Notes: generated by a model from the letters alone, not told the origin. A DNA stretch of 64,000 nt from Acidimicrobiales bacterium (GCA_035531635.1 DATKSO010000020.1:11359-75358); one strand, 5' to 3'; positions 9,659 through 19,921 are shown, counted from the first letter of the stretch. Program-made: numbers and translations.

Positions 9659-12505
9659 TTATGAACAACCGCTCGTCGCGCCACAGGTCGAACAGACGTA
9701 GCACGAGCCCGCGCGCTGCATGGCGTTGCCGCACTGGTAACACATAGGCGCGTCGCGCTGCTCCGAACGACTGATCAGTCCCGGCGTCTCACGAGGCGCC
9801 GCGGGCTCCTCGTTCACCTCGATGAGCGACTGCTGGATCGGCAAGTTGATCGTGGGTGTCGCCTGTTCGGCGACGCCGAGCAACGTGGGCTGGATTCGCT
9901 CGCTCGTCGAGAGCACGCCGATCTCTTCACGCTCGTGGGGGCTTAAGTGGTCGAGCGCCAAGCGACGGAAGATGTAGTCCACCAGCGACGTCGCGATGCG
10001 CAGGTCGGCGTCGTCGGTCATCCCCGACGGCTCGAACTTCATGTTCTGGTACTTGCGCACGTAGGTCGCGAGCGGCACCCCGTGCTGAAGGCCCAAGCTG
10101 ATGGAGATCGAGAACGCGTCCATGATGCCCGCGAGCGTGGAGCCCTGCTTGGCGACCTTGATGAACACCTCACCGGGTCGCCCGTCTTCGTACTCTCCCA
10201 CCGTGACGTAGCCCTCGCAGTCGGCCACGCGGAACGCGAAGGTCGACGACACGCGTCGACGAGGCAGTCGTTCACGAACGGCGCCCACCACCACGTGGGC
10301 GCCCTCGTCGCGAGCGTGCTCGAGGGCGGCCTCGAGTCGCGCGACCTGCGCGTAGAGCTCGACCATCTCCGCGGCGTCGACGTCGGACTCGCTGACGGGC
10401 GCGCTCTGGCCTTCGCCGTCCTTCTTCGCCGTCGAGAGGGGCTGGCCGACCTTGCAGTTGTCGCGGTAGATGGCGACGGCCTTGATCCCGAGGCGCCACG
10501 CGTCGAGGTGGAGATTCTCCACGTCCTCGATCGTCGCGTCCTCGGGCATGTTCACGGTCTTCGAGATCGCGCCCGAGATGAACGGCTGAACGGCCCCCAT
10601 CATGCGCACGTGACCCGAGTAGTGAATCGTGTTGTCACCCATTGAGCACGCGAAGATCGGCAGGTGTTCAGCCTTCAACGCGGGCGCGCCCACGATGGTC
10701 TTGTGCTCGTCGATGTAGGAGATGATGACGTCACGCTCTTCTTCGCTGTAGCCGAGCACGTCGAGCGCGCGCGGCACGGTCTGGTTGACGATCGACATGT
10801 TGCCGCCACCCACGAGCTTCTTGAACTTCACGAGTCCGAGGTCGGGTTCGATGCCCGTCGTGTCGCAGTCCATCAAGAGACCTATCGTGCCCGTCGGGGC
10901 GAGCACCGTCGCCTGGGCGTTACGCACGCCGTGGCGCACGCTGAGGTCCACGGCCTCTTCCCACGCGCCCTTCGCGGCCTCGAGAAGGTCGGCGGGCGCC
11001 AAGTCGGCGTCGATCTCGTACGCCGCGTCACGGTGCATACGCAGCACGTTGATCATGGGCTCGGCGTTCTCCGCGTAGCCCTCGTGAGGACCCATACGGC
11101 CAGCCGTGCGCGCGCTGGTGGCGTAGGCGTGGCCCGTCATCAGCGCGGTGATCGCGCCGGCCCACGCGCGACCGGCGTCCGAGTCGTACGCGAGTCCCGA
11201 GGCCATCAACAGCGCGCCGAGGTTGGCGTAGCCGAGACCCAACTGACGGAACTTACGTGAGTTCTCGCCGATCTTCTCGGTCGGGTAGTCGGCCGCGCCC
11301 ACGATGATCTCCTGGGCGCTGAAGAGCACCTCGACGGCGCTCTTGAAGGCGTCGACCTGGAAGTGACCGTCGGTGCCGAGGAACTTCATCAAGTTGATGC
11401 TGGCGAGGTTGCACGCCGAGTTGTCGATGTGCATGTACTCGGAGCAGGGGTTCGAGCCATTGATCCGGTCGGTGTTCGACGAGGTGTGCCACTTGTTGAT
11501 GGTCGTGTCGAACTGCAGACCCGGGTCCGCGCACTCCCACGCGGCGCGAGCGATCTGGCGCCACAGGTCTCGAGCCTTCACCGTGCGAACCGTCGCGTTG
11601 CCGTGTCGCGTCGTCAGGTTCCAGTCGCCGTCGGCGAGGACCGCCTCCATGAACTCGTCGGAGACGCGCACGGAGTTGTTGGCGTTCTGGTACTGGATCG
11701 AGTTGATGTCCTTGCCGTCAAGGTCCATGTCGAACCCGGCGTCACGCAACACGCGCGCCTTGTTCTCTTCGTTGGCCTTGCACCAGATGAACTCTTCGAT
11801 GTCCGGGTGGTTGGCGTCGAGGATGACCATCTTCGCCGCGCGACGAGTCTTGCCACCGGACTTGATCGTGCCGGCCGACGCGTCCGCGCCGCGCATGAAC
11901 GAGACGGGACCGCTCGCGGTGCCGCCGCCTTCGAGTGCTTCGGCGCTGGAACGGATCTTGGAGAGGTTGACGCCCGCGCCCGAGCCGCCCTTGAAGATGA
12001 TGCCCTCTTCGGTGTACCAGTTGAGGATCGAACGCATCGAGTCCTCGACGGCGAGGATGAAGCAGGCACTGCCCTGCTGGGGAACACCCTTCACGCCGAT
12101 GTTGAACCAGACCGGTGAGTTGAAGGCGGCCTTTTGCGTTATGAGAAGGTGTTTGAGTTCGGCACGGAACGTCTCGGACTCCTCTTCGTCGACGAAGTAG
12201 TCGCGCTCGACGCCCCACGACGTCACGGTGTCGACGATGCGGTCGACGACCTGCTTGAGCGAGGTCTCACGCTCGGGGGTGCCCAGCGTGCCGCGGAAGT
12301 ACTTCTGAGCGAGGATGTTCGTCGCGTTGAACGACCAAGTGGAGGGCACTTCCACGTCGAGCTGTTCGAAGGCTACCGAGCCGTCACGAAAGTTCGAGAT
12401 GCGCGCGTCGCGGCGGTCCCAGACCACTTCGTCATAGGGATGACGGTCCTCGGTGGTGAAAAAACGACGGATTCCAATCCCGAGTCGCTGAGGTGCGATG
12501 GCCAT
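9659..12505 (-). CDS. nrdJ: Class II (B12-dependent) ribonucleotide reductase
   Basis: FNSPVWFN, SACFI, SNPCSEY, ACNLAS, APTGTI, YRDNCK; C-terminal TSCPD-like domain and CxxC..CxxC zinc ribbon. Confidence 0.97.
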   Translation of the reverse strand: MAIAPQRLGIGIRRFFTTEDRHPYDEVVWDRRDARISNFRDGSVAFEQLDVEVPSTWSFNATNILAQKYFRGTLGTPERETSLKQVVDRIVDTVTSWGVERDYFVDEEESETFRAELKHLLITQKAAFNSPVWFNIGVKGVPQQGSACFILAVEDSMRSILNWYTEEGIIFKGGSGAGVNLSKIRSSAEALEGGGTASGPVSFMRGADASAGTIKSGGKTRRAAKMVILDANHPDIEEFIWCKANEENKARVLRDAGFDMDLDGKDINSIQYQNANNSVRVSDEFMEAVLADGDWNLTTRHGNATVRTVKARDLWRQIARAAWECADPGLQFDTTINKWHTSSNTDRINGSNPCSEYMHIDNSACNLASINLMKFLGTDGHFQVDAFKSAVEVLFSAQEIIVGAADYPTEKIGENSRKFRQLGLGYANLGALLMASGLAYDSDAGRAWAGAITALMTGHAYATSARTAGRMGPHEGYAENAEPMINVLRMHRDAAYEIDADLAPADLLEAAKGAWEEAVDLSVRHGVRNAQATVLAPTGTIGLLMDCDTTGIEPDLGLVKFKKLVGGGNMSIVNQTVPRALDVLGYSEEERDVIISYIDEHKTIVGAPALKAEHLPIFACSMGDNTIHYSGHVRMMGAVQPFISGAISKTVNMPEDATIEDVENLHLDAWRLGIKAVAIYRDNCKVGQPLSTAKKDGEGQSAPVSESDVDAAEMVELYAQVARLEAALEHARDEGAHVVVGAVRERLPRRRVSSTFAFRVADCEGYVTVGEYEDGRPGEVFIKVAKQGSTLAGIMDAFSISISLGLQHGVPLATYVRKYQNMKFEPSGMTDDADLRIATSLVDYIFRRLALDHLSPHEREEIGVLSTSERIQPTLLGVAEQATPTINLPIQQSLIEVNEEPAAPRETPGLISRSEQRDAPMCYQCGNAMQRAGSCYVCSTCGATSGCS

Positions 12506-12600
12506 ATCTCTCTCTTTTCTTTCCAGTAACCGACACTAAGAACACGCGTCCGGCGACGTGGAGTCGAGAAGTCAAGGTTAATGGCCCCATTCTCCCCTAG

Positions 12601-12647
12601 CCACAAGATGTAGTGGCAACGCCACTTCTCATCGCAAGATGCTGTGT
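12601..12647. promoter_or_regulatory. Tandem NrdR boxes
   Basis: CCACAAGATGTAGTGG (12601-12616) and TCGCAAGATGCTGTGT (12632-12647), 31 bp apart, upstream of nrdJ. Confidence 0.85.
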
Positions 12648-12665
12648 TATTACAGCACTGTAATT
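12648..12665. promoter_or_regulatory. Palindromic operator (McdR/Rv1830-like)
   Basis: TATTACAGCACTGTAATT; one mismatch to AATnACAnnnnTGTnATT. Confidence 0.55.
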
Positions 12666-12764
12666 ACAACTTGTCAACTACTTTTTTGAATACTTTTTCA
12701 CATTCCTCGGAAGTCCAGTCTAGGCCCCGATACCGTCCCCTCTTCCCTCGATAGCCTGACCCGG

Positions 12765-14237
12765 ATGGAGTTGATCCTGGCCCTCGACGCGGGTACCTCG
12801 GTCGTGCGGACGGTGGCCTTCGATCCCGACCTCGAGGTCGTCGATGAGGCCTACCTCGAGCTCACCCAGTACTTTCCGGCGCCGGGTGAGGTCGAACACG
12901 ACCCCCACGAGATCGCCCGCTTGGCCGTGTCGACCCTTCGAGACGTCGCCGCGCGTGCGCGCGACGCCGGTCATCACGTCGCGGCGCTGGGTCTTACGAA
13001 TCAACGAGAGACAACGGTCGGCTTCGACCGCGAACGCGGCGACGTTTTCCAGCGGGCCATCGTGTGGCAGGACCGACGCACCGCCGACCGCTGTCGCGAA
13101 CTCGAAGCGCAAGGTCACGGCGACGCCGTTCGCGCCGCCACCGGGCTCGTCCTCGACTCGTACTTCTCGGCCACGAAGATGCAGTGGATGCTCGAACGCG
13201 GACTCGCCGACGACGCGCGGCGACCATCTTTCGCGACCGTCGATTCGTGGCTCCTGTGGACCCTCTCGGGTGGGGTCGAGGGCGGCGTCTTCGTGACCGA
13301 GCCCTCGAACGCGTCACGCACGTTGCTCTTGGACCTCGCGACGCTCGACTGGTCGGCGACCATGACGTCGATCTTTGGTGTGTCACGTTCGATGCTCGCC
13401 GACGTTCGAGCGTCGGCGAGTTCGTTCTGCGTGGTGAGTGGCGACGTCGTCCCCGAGCTCGCGGGCGTCCCGGTTACGGGCGTCTTGGGCGATCAACAGT
13501 CCGCACTCTTCGGCCAAGCCTGCTTCTCACCGGGACTGGTGAAGGCCACGTACGGGACGGGCGCGTTCCTCCTCGCGAACGCCGGTAACACAGTCCCGAG
13601 TGTCGTAAAAGGCCTGCTCAGCACCGTCGCGTGGGACCTCGGCGCGTTCGGACCCACGAGCTACGCGCTCGAGGGTTCGGCCTTCGTCGCGGGGGCCGCG
13701 GTGCAGTGGCTGCGCGACCTCGGGTTCGTGAGTTCCTCCGGCGAACTTGAGTCGCTCGCCCTCTCGGTCGACGGCTCGGCGGGGGTGCAGTTCGTGCCGG
13801 CCTTCACCGGGCTCGGCTCGCCGTTCTGGGACCCCGACGCGCGCGGCGCGATCTCGGGACTCAGTCGCGGCGTCGGCAAAGGTGAGATCGCGCGAGCGCT
13901 CGTCGAAGCACTCGCCTACCAGGTGCGCGCGATGACCGACGCCTTTCGCGACGGCGGACTCGAGCTGAGGGAACTTCGCGCCGACGGCGGTGCCGCGGCG
14001 ATGGATCTGTTGCTCCAACTGCAGGCCACGAACTCCCGAGTGGACGTGGTGCGAAGTTCCACGCTCGAAGCCACGGCGCGCGGAGCGGCCAGCGTCGCGG
14101 GTCTCGAAGTCGGACTCTGGTCGTCGCTCGACGAGCTCAGTGAGAAGTGGCGTGGCGTGGCGCGCTTTCACCCCGAGAGTCCCGTCGCCGTCGACGCCGG
14201 CTACGACGCCTGGCGTCGCGCGATCGATCGCGCGTAA
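12765..14237 (+). CDS. glpK: Glycerol kinase
   Basis: DAGTS, TNQRETT, IVWQDRRT, YFSATK, NASRT, GDQQSALFGQ, KATYGTG, YALEGS, DGGA. Confidence 0.93.
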   Translation: MELILALDAGTSVVRTVAFDPDLEVVDEAYLELTQYFPAPGEVEHDPHEIARLAVSTLRDVAARARDAGHHVAALGLTNQRETTVGFDRERGDVFQRAIVWQDRRTADRCRELEAQGHGDAVRAATGLVLDSYFSATKMQWMLERGLADDARRPSFATVDSWLLWTLSGGVEGGVFVTEPSNASRTLLLDLATLDWSATMTSIFGVSRSMLADVRASASSFCVVSGDVVPELAGVPVTGVLGDQQSALFGQACFSPGLVKATYGTGAFLLANAGNTVPSVVKGLLSTVAWDLGAFGPTSYALEGSAFVAGAAVQWLRDLGFVSSSGELESLALSVDGSAGVQFVPAFTGLGSPFWDPDARGAISGLSRGVGKGEIARALVEALAYQVRAMTDAFRDGGLELRELRADGGAAAMDLLLQLQATNSRVDVVRSSTLEATARGAASVAGLEVGLWSSLDELSEKWRGVARFHPESPVAVDAGYDAWRRAIDRA

Positions 14238-14266
14238 GGGATAGGTTCGACGCAGCGAATCGGGGG

Positions 14267-15154
14267 ATGATGGAGGACTACGTCACGCGCGTCTTGCGCG
14301 AAGGACTCGCCTTTGGCGAGGGGCCGCGCTGGCACGAGGAGCGACTCTGGTACTCGGACTTCTTTCGTCACGGCGTGTACTCCGTCGACGAACGAGGTGA
14401 CGACGAGCGACTCGAACACGTCGTCCCTGGTCAACCCTCGGGACTTGGGTGGACGACGAACGGGGACCTGCTCTGTGTCTCGATGACCGATCACCGAGTC
14501 CTTCGTTTTCACGAGGGAGCGGAAACCCTCTTCGCCGACGTCTCGCCGTACTGCGGTTTCTGGGCCAACGACATGGTGGTCTCGTCGAGTGACGTGAGCT
14601 ACGTGGGCAACTTCGGATTCGACCTCGACGTGATGCTGCGCGACGTGGGCGTCGAAGGAATGCTCGCGTCGCCTCCGCCCACGACGAACTTGGTCGTCTT
14701 GAGTCCGACGGGCGACGTGCTCCAGGTCGTCCCCGACCTCGCGTTTCCCAACGGCACCGTGATCACCCCGGACGGAAAGACGCTCATCGTCGGCGAGACC
14801 ATGACGTTTCGACTCACGGCCTTCGACGTCAACACCAACGGTACGCTCACCAACCGCCGCGTCTGGGCTCAGTTGGACTTCGTCACCACCGACGGCATGT
14901 GCCTCGACGCCGAAGGTCAGATCTGGCTCGCGAACTCCCTCACGAATCAGTGTCTTCGCGTTCGTGAGGGCGGTGAGGTCACTGGCGTCGTCGAGACCAC
15001 CCAGCGGGCGTTCGCGTGCGCACTCGGCGGCACGAATCGCTCGACGCTGTTCGTCATGACCGCCCCGACCAATGACCGCTTCAAAGTCGCCGGCACGACG
15101 CCAGGATTGATCGAAGTCGTCGACGTTCCTGTGCCCGGGGCCGGACTTCCCTAG
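14267..15154 (+). CDS. SMP-30/gluconolactonase/LRE family protein
   Basis: FGEGPRW, NDMVV, FPNG, DGMCLDAEG. Confidence 0.9.
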   Translation: MMEDYVTRVLREGLAFGEGPRWHEERLWYSDFFRHGVYSVDERGDDERLEHVVPGQPSGLGWTTNGDLLCVSMTDHRVLRFHEGAETLFADVSPYCGFWANDMVVSSSDVSYVGNFGFDLDVMLRDVGVEGMLASPPPTTNLVVLSPTGDVLQVVPDLAFPNGTVITPDGKTLIVGETMTFRLTAFDVNTNGTLTNRRVWAQLDFVTTDGMCLDAEGQIWLANSLTNQCLRVREGGEVTGVVETTQRAFACALGGTNRSTLFVMTAPTNDRFKVAGTTPGLIEVVDVPVPGAGLP

Positions 15155-15157
15155 GGA

Positions 15158-16357
15158 CTAGCCGAGCTTCGTCAGTGCGCGTTTCAAATTACGCACCGCT
15201 TGGTGCGTGCGCAACTCGTTCTCAATGAGGGCGAAACGGACGTGTCCGTCGCCTCCGTCGCCAAAGCCGACGCCCGGACTCGTCGCGACGTCGGCCTCTT
15301 CGATCAAGAACTTCGAGAACTCCAACGACGACATCTCGCGGTACGGTTCGGGAATGGGCGCCCAGATGAACATTGAGCCCCGCGGGGAGACCACGTCCCA
15401 ACCCACACGGTGCAGACCATCGATCAAGGTGTCGCGTCGCGACTGGTAGATCACCCGCAGTTGCTCCGGGTAGTCGACGGCCTCGTTCATTGCCACGATC
15501 GCGGCGATCTGCACGGGCTGAAAGGTCCCGTAGTCGAGATAGCTCTTCAGCTTCGTCAACGCGGCGACGATCTCGGCGTTGCCGACCAAGAACCCAACGC
15601 GCCAGCCCGCCATCGAGAAGGACTTCGTGAGGGTGTAGAGCTCGACGCAACACTCTTTCGCGCGCGGAACTTGAAGGATCGAGGGCGGACGGTAGCCATC
15701 GAAGCCGAGATCGGCGTAGGCGAAGTCGTGGCAGATCACCACGTCGTGCTCGAGGGCGAAGTTGACGAGGCGTTCCATGAAGGCGAGGTCGACGCAGGCG
15801 CTCGTCGGGTTGTGGGGAAACGACACGACGATGACGCGGGGCTTGACGCTCGCCTTCTCCCACGCGTCGACGAGGCCCGCGAAGAAGTCGTCACCGGGAT
15901 CGTTGGTGCTTTGGCCGGGGTCCACCATCGGCACCGTGATCACGTTCGCGCCGGCGAAGCCCGGTCCTGCCAAGTGGATCGGATAACTAGGACTCGGCAC
16001 GATGGCCGAGTCCCCCGGTCCGAGCAGCACCCACATCAGGTGCGTCAGCCCCTCTTTGGCGCCAATCGTCGTCACCACTTCGGTGTCGGGATCGAGGTCG
16101 ACGTCGAAGAGCATCTTGTAGCGAGTCGCGATGGCGAGTCGCAGGTTCGGTATGCCGCGGCTGGCGCTGTAGCGGTGGTTCTTCGGATTGTGGGCCGCTT
16201 CGGCCAGTTTCGCGACGGCTACGTCGGGACTCGGCAGGTCGGGATTACCGAAACCGAAGTCGATGACGTCACGGCCGTGGGCGCGCGCGTCGGCCTTCAG
16301 GCCATTGATCTGAGCGAAGACGTAGGGTGGCAGACCCGTGATGCGGCGGAACTCCAT
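15158..16357 (-). CDS. PLP-dependent class I/II aminotransferase (AlaC-like)
   Basis: LPPYVF, DFGFGNPD, IGAKEG, FPHNPT, HDFAY, TKSFSMAGWRVG; start at MEFRR. Confidence 0.9.
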   Translation of the reverse strand: MEFRRITGLPPYVFAQINGLKADARAHGRDVIDFGFGNPDLPSPDVAVAKLAEAAHNPKNHRYSASRGIPNLRLAIATRYKMLFDVDLDPDTEVVTTIGAKEGLTHLMWVLLGPGDSAIVPSPSYPIHLAGPGFAGANVITVPMVDPGQSTNDPGDDFFAGLVDAWEKASVKPRVIVVSFPHNPTSACVDLAFMERLVNFALEHDVVICHDFAYADLGFDGYRPPSILQVPRAKECCVELYTLTKSFSMAGWRVGFLVGNAEIVAALTKLKSYLDYGTFQPVQIAAIVAMNEAVDYPEQLRVIYQSRRDTLIDGLHRVGWDVVSPRGSMFIWAPIPEPYREMSSLEFSKFLIEEADVATSPGVGFGDGGDGHVRFALIENELRTHQAVRNLKRALTKLG

Positions 16358-16374
16358 CAATAAACCGTAGTGAC

Positions 16375-17049
16375 TCAGTGCGCGCGACGCCACTCTTCCA
16401 AGAGATCCATGTTCAGTGGCGCGCTCGCCACCGCCCACGTGGCGCCCGAGGTCGCCAACTCGTCGAGCGTCCGCGAGGAGTCCTCGTTGAGCGGCCCGGC
16501 CCAGCTGACGGGTCCGGCTCGTGCCACGTCGCGCACGACGGACGCCCCCTTGCCCCAAAGATTCAATACGACGCCGAGTTCTCTGGCGAGCTGATCAGTC
16601 TCAGGCGCGCCCGCGCCGCACCACACCTCCATCGTCGGTGACAGCGCTACGAGGGCGTTGCGCAGAAGCTCGCGACGTTCGTCCGCCGGGGGGTAGCCGA
16701 GGTCGTAGGCCAGTTGCTCGTCCTCGGAGAGCTTGTCGCCCGTGCCGATGGCGGCGATCACTCGTCCGGGCGCGAGTGCGTGCAAGGTCTCGAACTGCTC
16801 TACGAGTTTCCGCGTCCCCACGAGTCCGACGCGCGCCACCAACGGACCGAGGAAGAGCGAGGGGCAGCGCGACGAGATGGCCGCGAGAACGGGAAAGGGC
16901 GCGAGCGCGGGACGTTCGGGTGAGCCCATGGGCCAGAGATGATCGAAGGCGAAGACGCCGTCGAGTCCGGCGCGTTCGGCCTCGTCCGCGACGGCGAAGG
17001 CGTCACTCGCGTTGTCGCGAAACGTCGGCAGCAGGACGCCGAGTTTCAC
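16375..17049 (-). CDS. LLM-class flavin/F420-dependent oxidoreductase (short)
   Basis: KLGVLLP, AERAGLDGVFAFDHL, GRVIAAIGTG; GTGA coupling to glk. Confidence 0.8.
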   Translation of the reverse strand: MKLGVLLPTFRDNASDAFAVADEAERAGLDGVFAFDHLWPMGSPERPALAPFPVLAAISSRCPSLFLGPLVARVGLVGTRKLVEQFETLHALAPGRVIAAIGTGDKLSEDEQLAYDLGYPPADERRELLRNALVALSPTMEVWCGAGAPETDQLARELGVVLNLWGKGASVVRDVARAGPVSWAGPLNEDSSRTLDELATSGATWAVASAPLNMDLLEEWRRAH

Positions 17050-18017
17050 GCGCCCTCGAAGGCCACGAGCGTCGCGCCCATCGCGCCCGAGCGCGGCCCG
17101 AACATCGAGGTCGTCACCGTGATCGTCGGACGGGTGTCGTACCCCTCCACGAGATCGACGAGGTACTCGCGCGCCGCGGGCAGCACGAGATCGGACACGC
17201 TCGAGAGTCCGCCGCCGATGACGAAGTGGCCACAGTCGAGGATCGCGACCAGGTTCGAAAGTCCGAGCGCGAGCCACCAGCCGACTTCTCGCAACAACGT
17301 GACCGCTTCGTTGAGGCCTTCGTGCGCCGCGGTCGTGACGTCTTCCGCGCGGACGTGGCGCGGGTCACCACCACCACGCTCGACCAGCGTCGCCAGTCTC
17401 CCCTCCAGAGCCGCCTCTCTCGTCATGCGATGCAGTCCCCCACCCGAGGCGTAGCGCTCCCAGCACCCGTGTCCTCCACAGGGACACGCCGCGCCGCGCG
17501 CTTCGACCACCATGTGGCCGATCTCGCCGGCGTAACCACTACGTCCACGAACGAGTTGACCGTCCGCGACGACCCCGCCGCCAATACCAGTGCCGAGGGT
17601 GACCATCACGAAATCGCGGATGCCTCGTCCGGCACCCCACTCGTGTTCGGCGAGCGCCGCGCAGTTCGCGTCGTTCTCCGAGAAGACACTCGAATTGCCG
17701 AGGGCCGCGCTCAGTTGCGCGCCGAGGTCGGCGCCCGACGCCGTTTGGAGATTCGGGGCGAAGGCGAGGTGCCCGTCGCGTCGCATCATCCCGGGGAGCC
17801 CGAGACCGACGGGAACGCGCGCCGGATCGAGACCTTGGCGGTCGCAGAGTTCGTGCACCTGTTCGACGAGAACCTTCGTCGTCGCCTCGCCGGCGCCGAA
17901 ACCTTCGTCGTGGGGCGTCTGTGACTTCATCTCTCCCAAGACTCGGCCGTCGCGCGCCACCAGGAGCGCCAGCGCCTTGGTACCACCGACGTCCACGCCG
18001 ATGGCGACGTCGCTCAT
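17046..18017 (-). CDS. glk: ROK-family glucokinase
   Basis: DVGGTK, ENDANCAALAE, TLGTGIGGG, GEIGH, CPCG..GCWE. Confidence 0.9.
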   Translation of the reverse strand: MSDVAIGVDVGGTKALALLVARDGRVLGEMKSQTPHDEGFGAGEATTKVLVEQVHELCDRQGLDPARVPVGLGLPGMMRRDGHLAFAPNLQTASGADLGAQLSAALGNSSVFSENDANCAALAEHEWGAGRGIRDFVMVTLGTGIGGGVVADGQLVRGRSGYAGEIGHMVVEARGAACPCGGHGCWERYASGGGLHRMTREAALEGRLATLVERGGGDPRHVRAEDVTTAAHEGLNEAVTLLREVGWWLALGLSNLVAILDCGHFVIGGGLSSVSDLVLPAAREYLVDLVEGYDTRPTITVTTSMFGPRSGAMGATLVAFEGA

Positions 18018-18454
18018 CGGGCTCGCTCGGCTTGCGCCTTGAGTTCGCGCAGCGCCTGACTCTGGATTCGATGCGCCGCTCTCGACCTGATAAACGTGGG
18101 AATCGGCACGAGCAGCTCGACCTCGAGATCGTAGGTGAGCAGCGTGTCTTCGCCCTGAGGCTTAAATCGGTACTCGCCGTTGAGGGTCGCGGTGAGGTCG
18201 CCACTCGTCTGGTGCCACGTAAGGACTTCGGGCGCGTGAGTGTAGTCGTAGCGAAGCGCGTACGTCGTCGAGCGCCCGAAGGCGGCGGCGCGAAATTCGA
18301 CGTCGAGGGGACGTCCCGACGCGTCGCGTTCGAGGACTTCAATCCTCTTCAGATCACTCACCCAGTCGGTGTAGTGCTCAAAGTCGGTGACGACACGATA
18401 GACCACCGACGGTGGCGCGCTGACTGTTATCGACTCCGTCGCACGCTGTGTCAC
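18014..18454 (-). CDS. SRPBCC/START-like cyclase-dehydrase family protein
   Basis: ESITVSAPP..VY.VVTDFE.Y.DW; usual neighbour of actinobacterial glkA. Confidence 0.85.
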   Translation of the reverse strand: MTQRATESITVSAPPSVVYRVVTDFEHYTDWVSDLKRIEVLERDASGRPLDVEFRAAAFGRSTTYALRYDYTHAPEVLTWHQTSGDLTATLNGEYRFKPQGEDTLLTYDLEVELLVPIPTFIRSRAAHRIQSQALRELKAQAERAR

Positions 18455-18475
18455 TCCACCTCCCTCGTGCCCACC

Positions 18476-19636
18476 CTAGGCCAGTGAACTCGCGGGTTTG
18501 AAGTGATCGAAGGGCTCGAGCCCCTCGGCGAGCTCGAGCGCCAGCGAGTCCCACGAGAAGTTGGTGAGCGCGAACGCGCGCGCTCGACGCGCGTAACGGG
18601 CTCGACGTTCGTCGTCGAGCATCAAGTCTTCGATCGCGCTCGCGAGTTCTCGCGCGCTTCTCGAGTGCTCGAGAACGATCCCCGTCTCGCCGTCGCGAAC
18701 GGCGTCGTGACTTCCGCCCGAGCGTCCGGCGATCTGCGCGAGACCACACGCCGCGGCTTCGACGAACACGATGCCGAAGCCTTCTTGCTCGAGGCCCAAC
18801 CAGCGACTGCGACACGCCATGACCATCAGGTCCGAGGCGCCGATCCAACGAGGCTGCGCCTCGTCGTCGACGTGGCCAAGAAACGTCACCGGCGCCGCCA
18901 ACTTCGACGCCAGGCGATCGAGCCGAGCGCGATCGCGACCGGTCCCACCGATCACGACACGCAGTCTGGGGTACGCGCCGCGAAGGAGCGCGCTCGCGCG
19001 GATCAGCGTGTCCATGCCCTTTCGCGGCACGAGTCTCGAGTACGAGGCGATGACGAACTCATCGTCGCCGAAACCGAAGTCGCTTCGAGCCCCGGCGCGC
19101 TCGGCGCCAACGAGAGGGGTGAATCGCGACGTGTCGACGCCAGGCGGAATCTGAAGGACCGGACCGAGGAGTTCGGCGGCGTTGCGCGCCGCTTCGCTCT
19201 CGGGGTACGAACCGGCCGCGATCGCGACTGAGGCGTTCCTCAAGACGTAGCGGAGCGACGACGCGACGACGGGTAGTCGCCCGGGAATCGTGACTTCGGC
19301 GCCGTGCAGGACGACGCCGTACGGACGTGAAAGACGCGGACCCAAGAGCCCAAGGGGCCACGCTGGATCCAGTAGTACCAGATCGGGTTGGTGGCGCTCG
19401 ATCGCCGCTTCAATAGCACGTAGTGCTCGAAACGTAGGCAGAAACAGAGTTGATCCCTCGACACGTTCGACGACCACGTCGCTCGAAGCATCAAAGTCCT
19501 TGGCCCTCTCGTGCGACGAAGCCGTCACGACGACCGCACGACCGTCTTCGAGGCGTCGCCAGAGTTCGTGAAGGTAGACCTGAATACCGCCGGTCTTCGG
19601 GAGGTAGTCGTTGGTCACCAAAAGGTGGCGGGCCAT
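18476..19636 (-). CDS. GT4 glycosyltransferase, PimB'-like mannosyltransferase
   Basis: LLVTNDYLPKTGGIQ, HGAE, SRLVPRKGMD, EGFGIVFVEAAA. Confidence 0.88.
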   Translation of the reverse strand: MARHLLVTNDYLPKTGGIQVYLHELWRRLEDGRAVVVTASSHERAKDFDASSDVVVERVEGSTLFLPTFRALRAIEAAIERHQPDLVLLDPAWPLGLLGPRLSRPYGVVLHGAEVTIPGRLPVVASSLRYVLRNASVAIAAGSYPESEAARNAAELLGPVLQIPPGVDTSRFTPLVGAERAGARSDFGFGDDEFVIASYSRLVPRKGMDTLIRASALLRGAYPRLRVVIGGTGRDRARLDRLASKLAAPVTFLGHVDDEAQPRWIGASDLMVMACRSRWLGLEQEGFGIVFVEAAACGLAQIAGRSGGSHDAVRDGETGIVLEHSRSARELASAIEDLMLDDERRARYARRARAFALTNFSWDSLALELAEGLEPFDHFKPASSLA

Positions 19637-19670
19637 GGAACCACGCTAGCCATCTCGCGCAAGGCGCTGG

Positions 19671-19874
19671 CTAGTGAGCCGAACGGTGGAACTTCAACGT
19701 CGGCAACAACCCTTCGGCAGTAAAGAGCTGCACGACCTCGGCCTCTTTCGACGTCATCACCAACTCGTCAGGTGTGCCGCCAAGTACGAAGGAGACCAGA
19801 CAGTCCGAACAGTCGGGCGTGCCGCGCCGAACGCAGTCGTGACAACTGATTGAAAGTTCAATTTCCTTCGCCAT
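19671..19874 (-). CDS. Small Cys-rich conserved actinobacterial protein
   Basis: ISCHDC-x7-CSDCLVSFVLG ... GLLPTL; ATG at 19874 with GAGG RBS. Confidence 0.7.
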   Translation of the reverse strand: MAKEIELSISCHDCVRRGTPDCSDCLVSFVLGGTPDELVMTSKEAEVVQLFTAEGLLPTLKFHRSAH

Positions 19875-19921
19875 GGTGTCCCTCTTTTCCGATATGGACA
19901 CTCTCGCAAGGCAGTGTGACA

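Noticed and set aside
9659-12505. Intein or intron in nrdJ
   Set aside because: Length is normal and there are no splice motifs; only a short coiled-coil linker before the C-terminal domain
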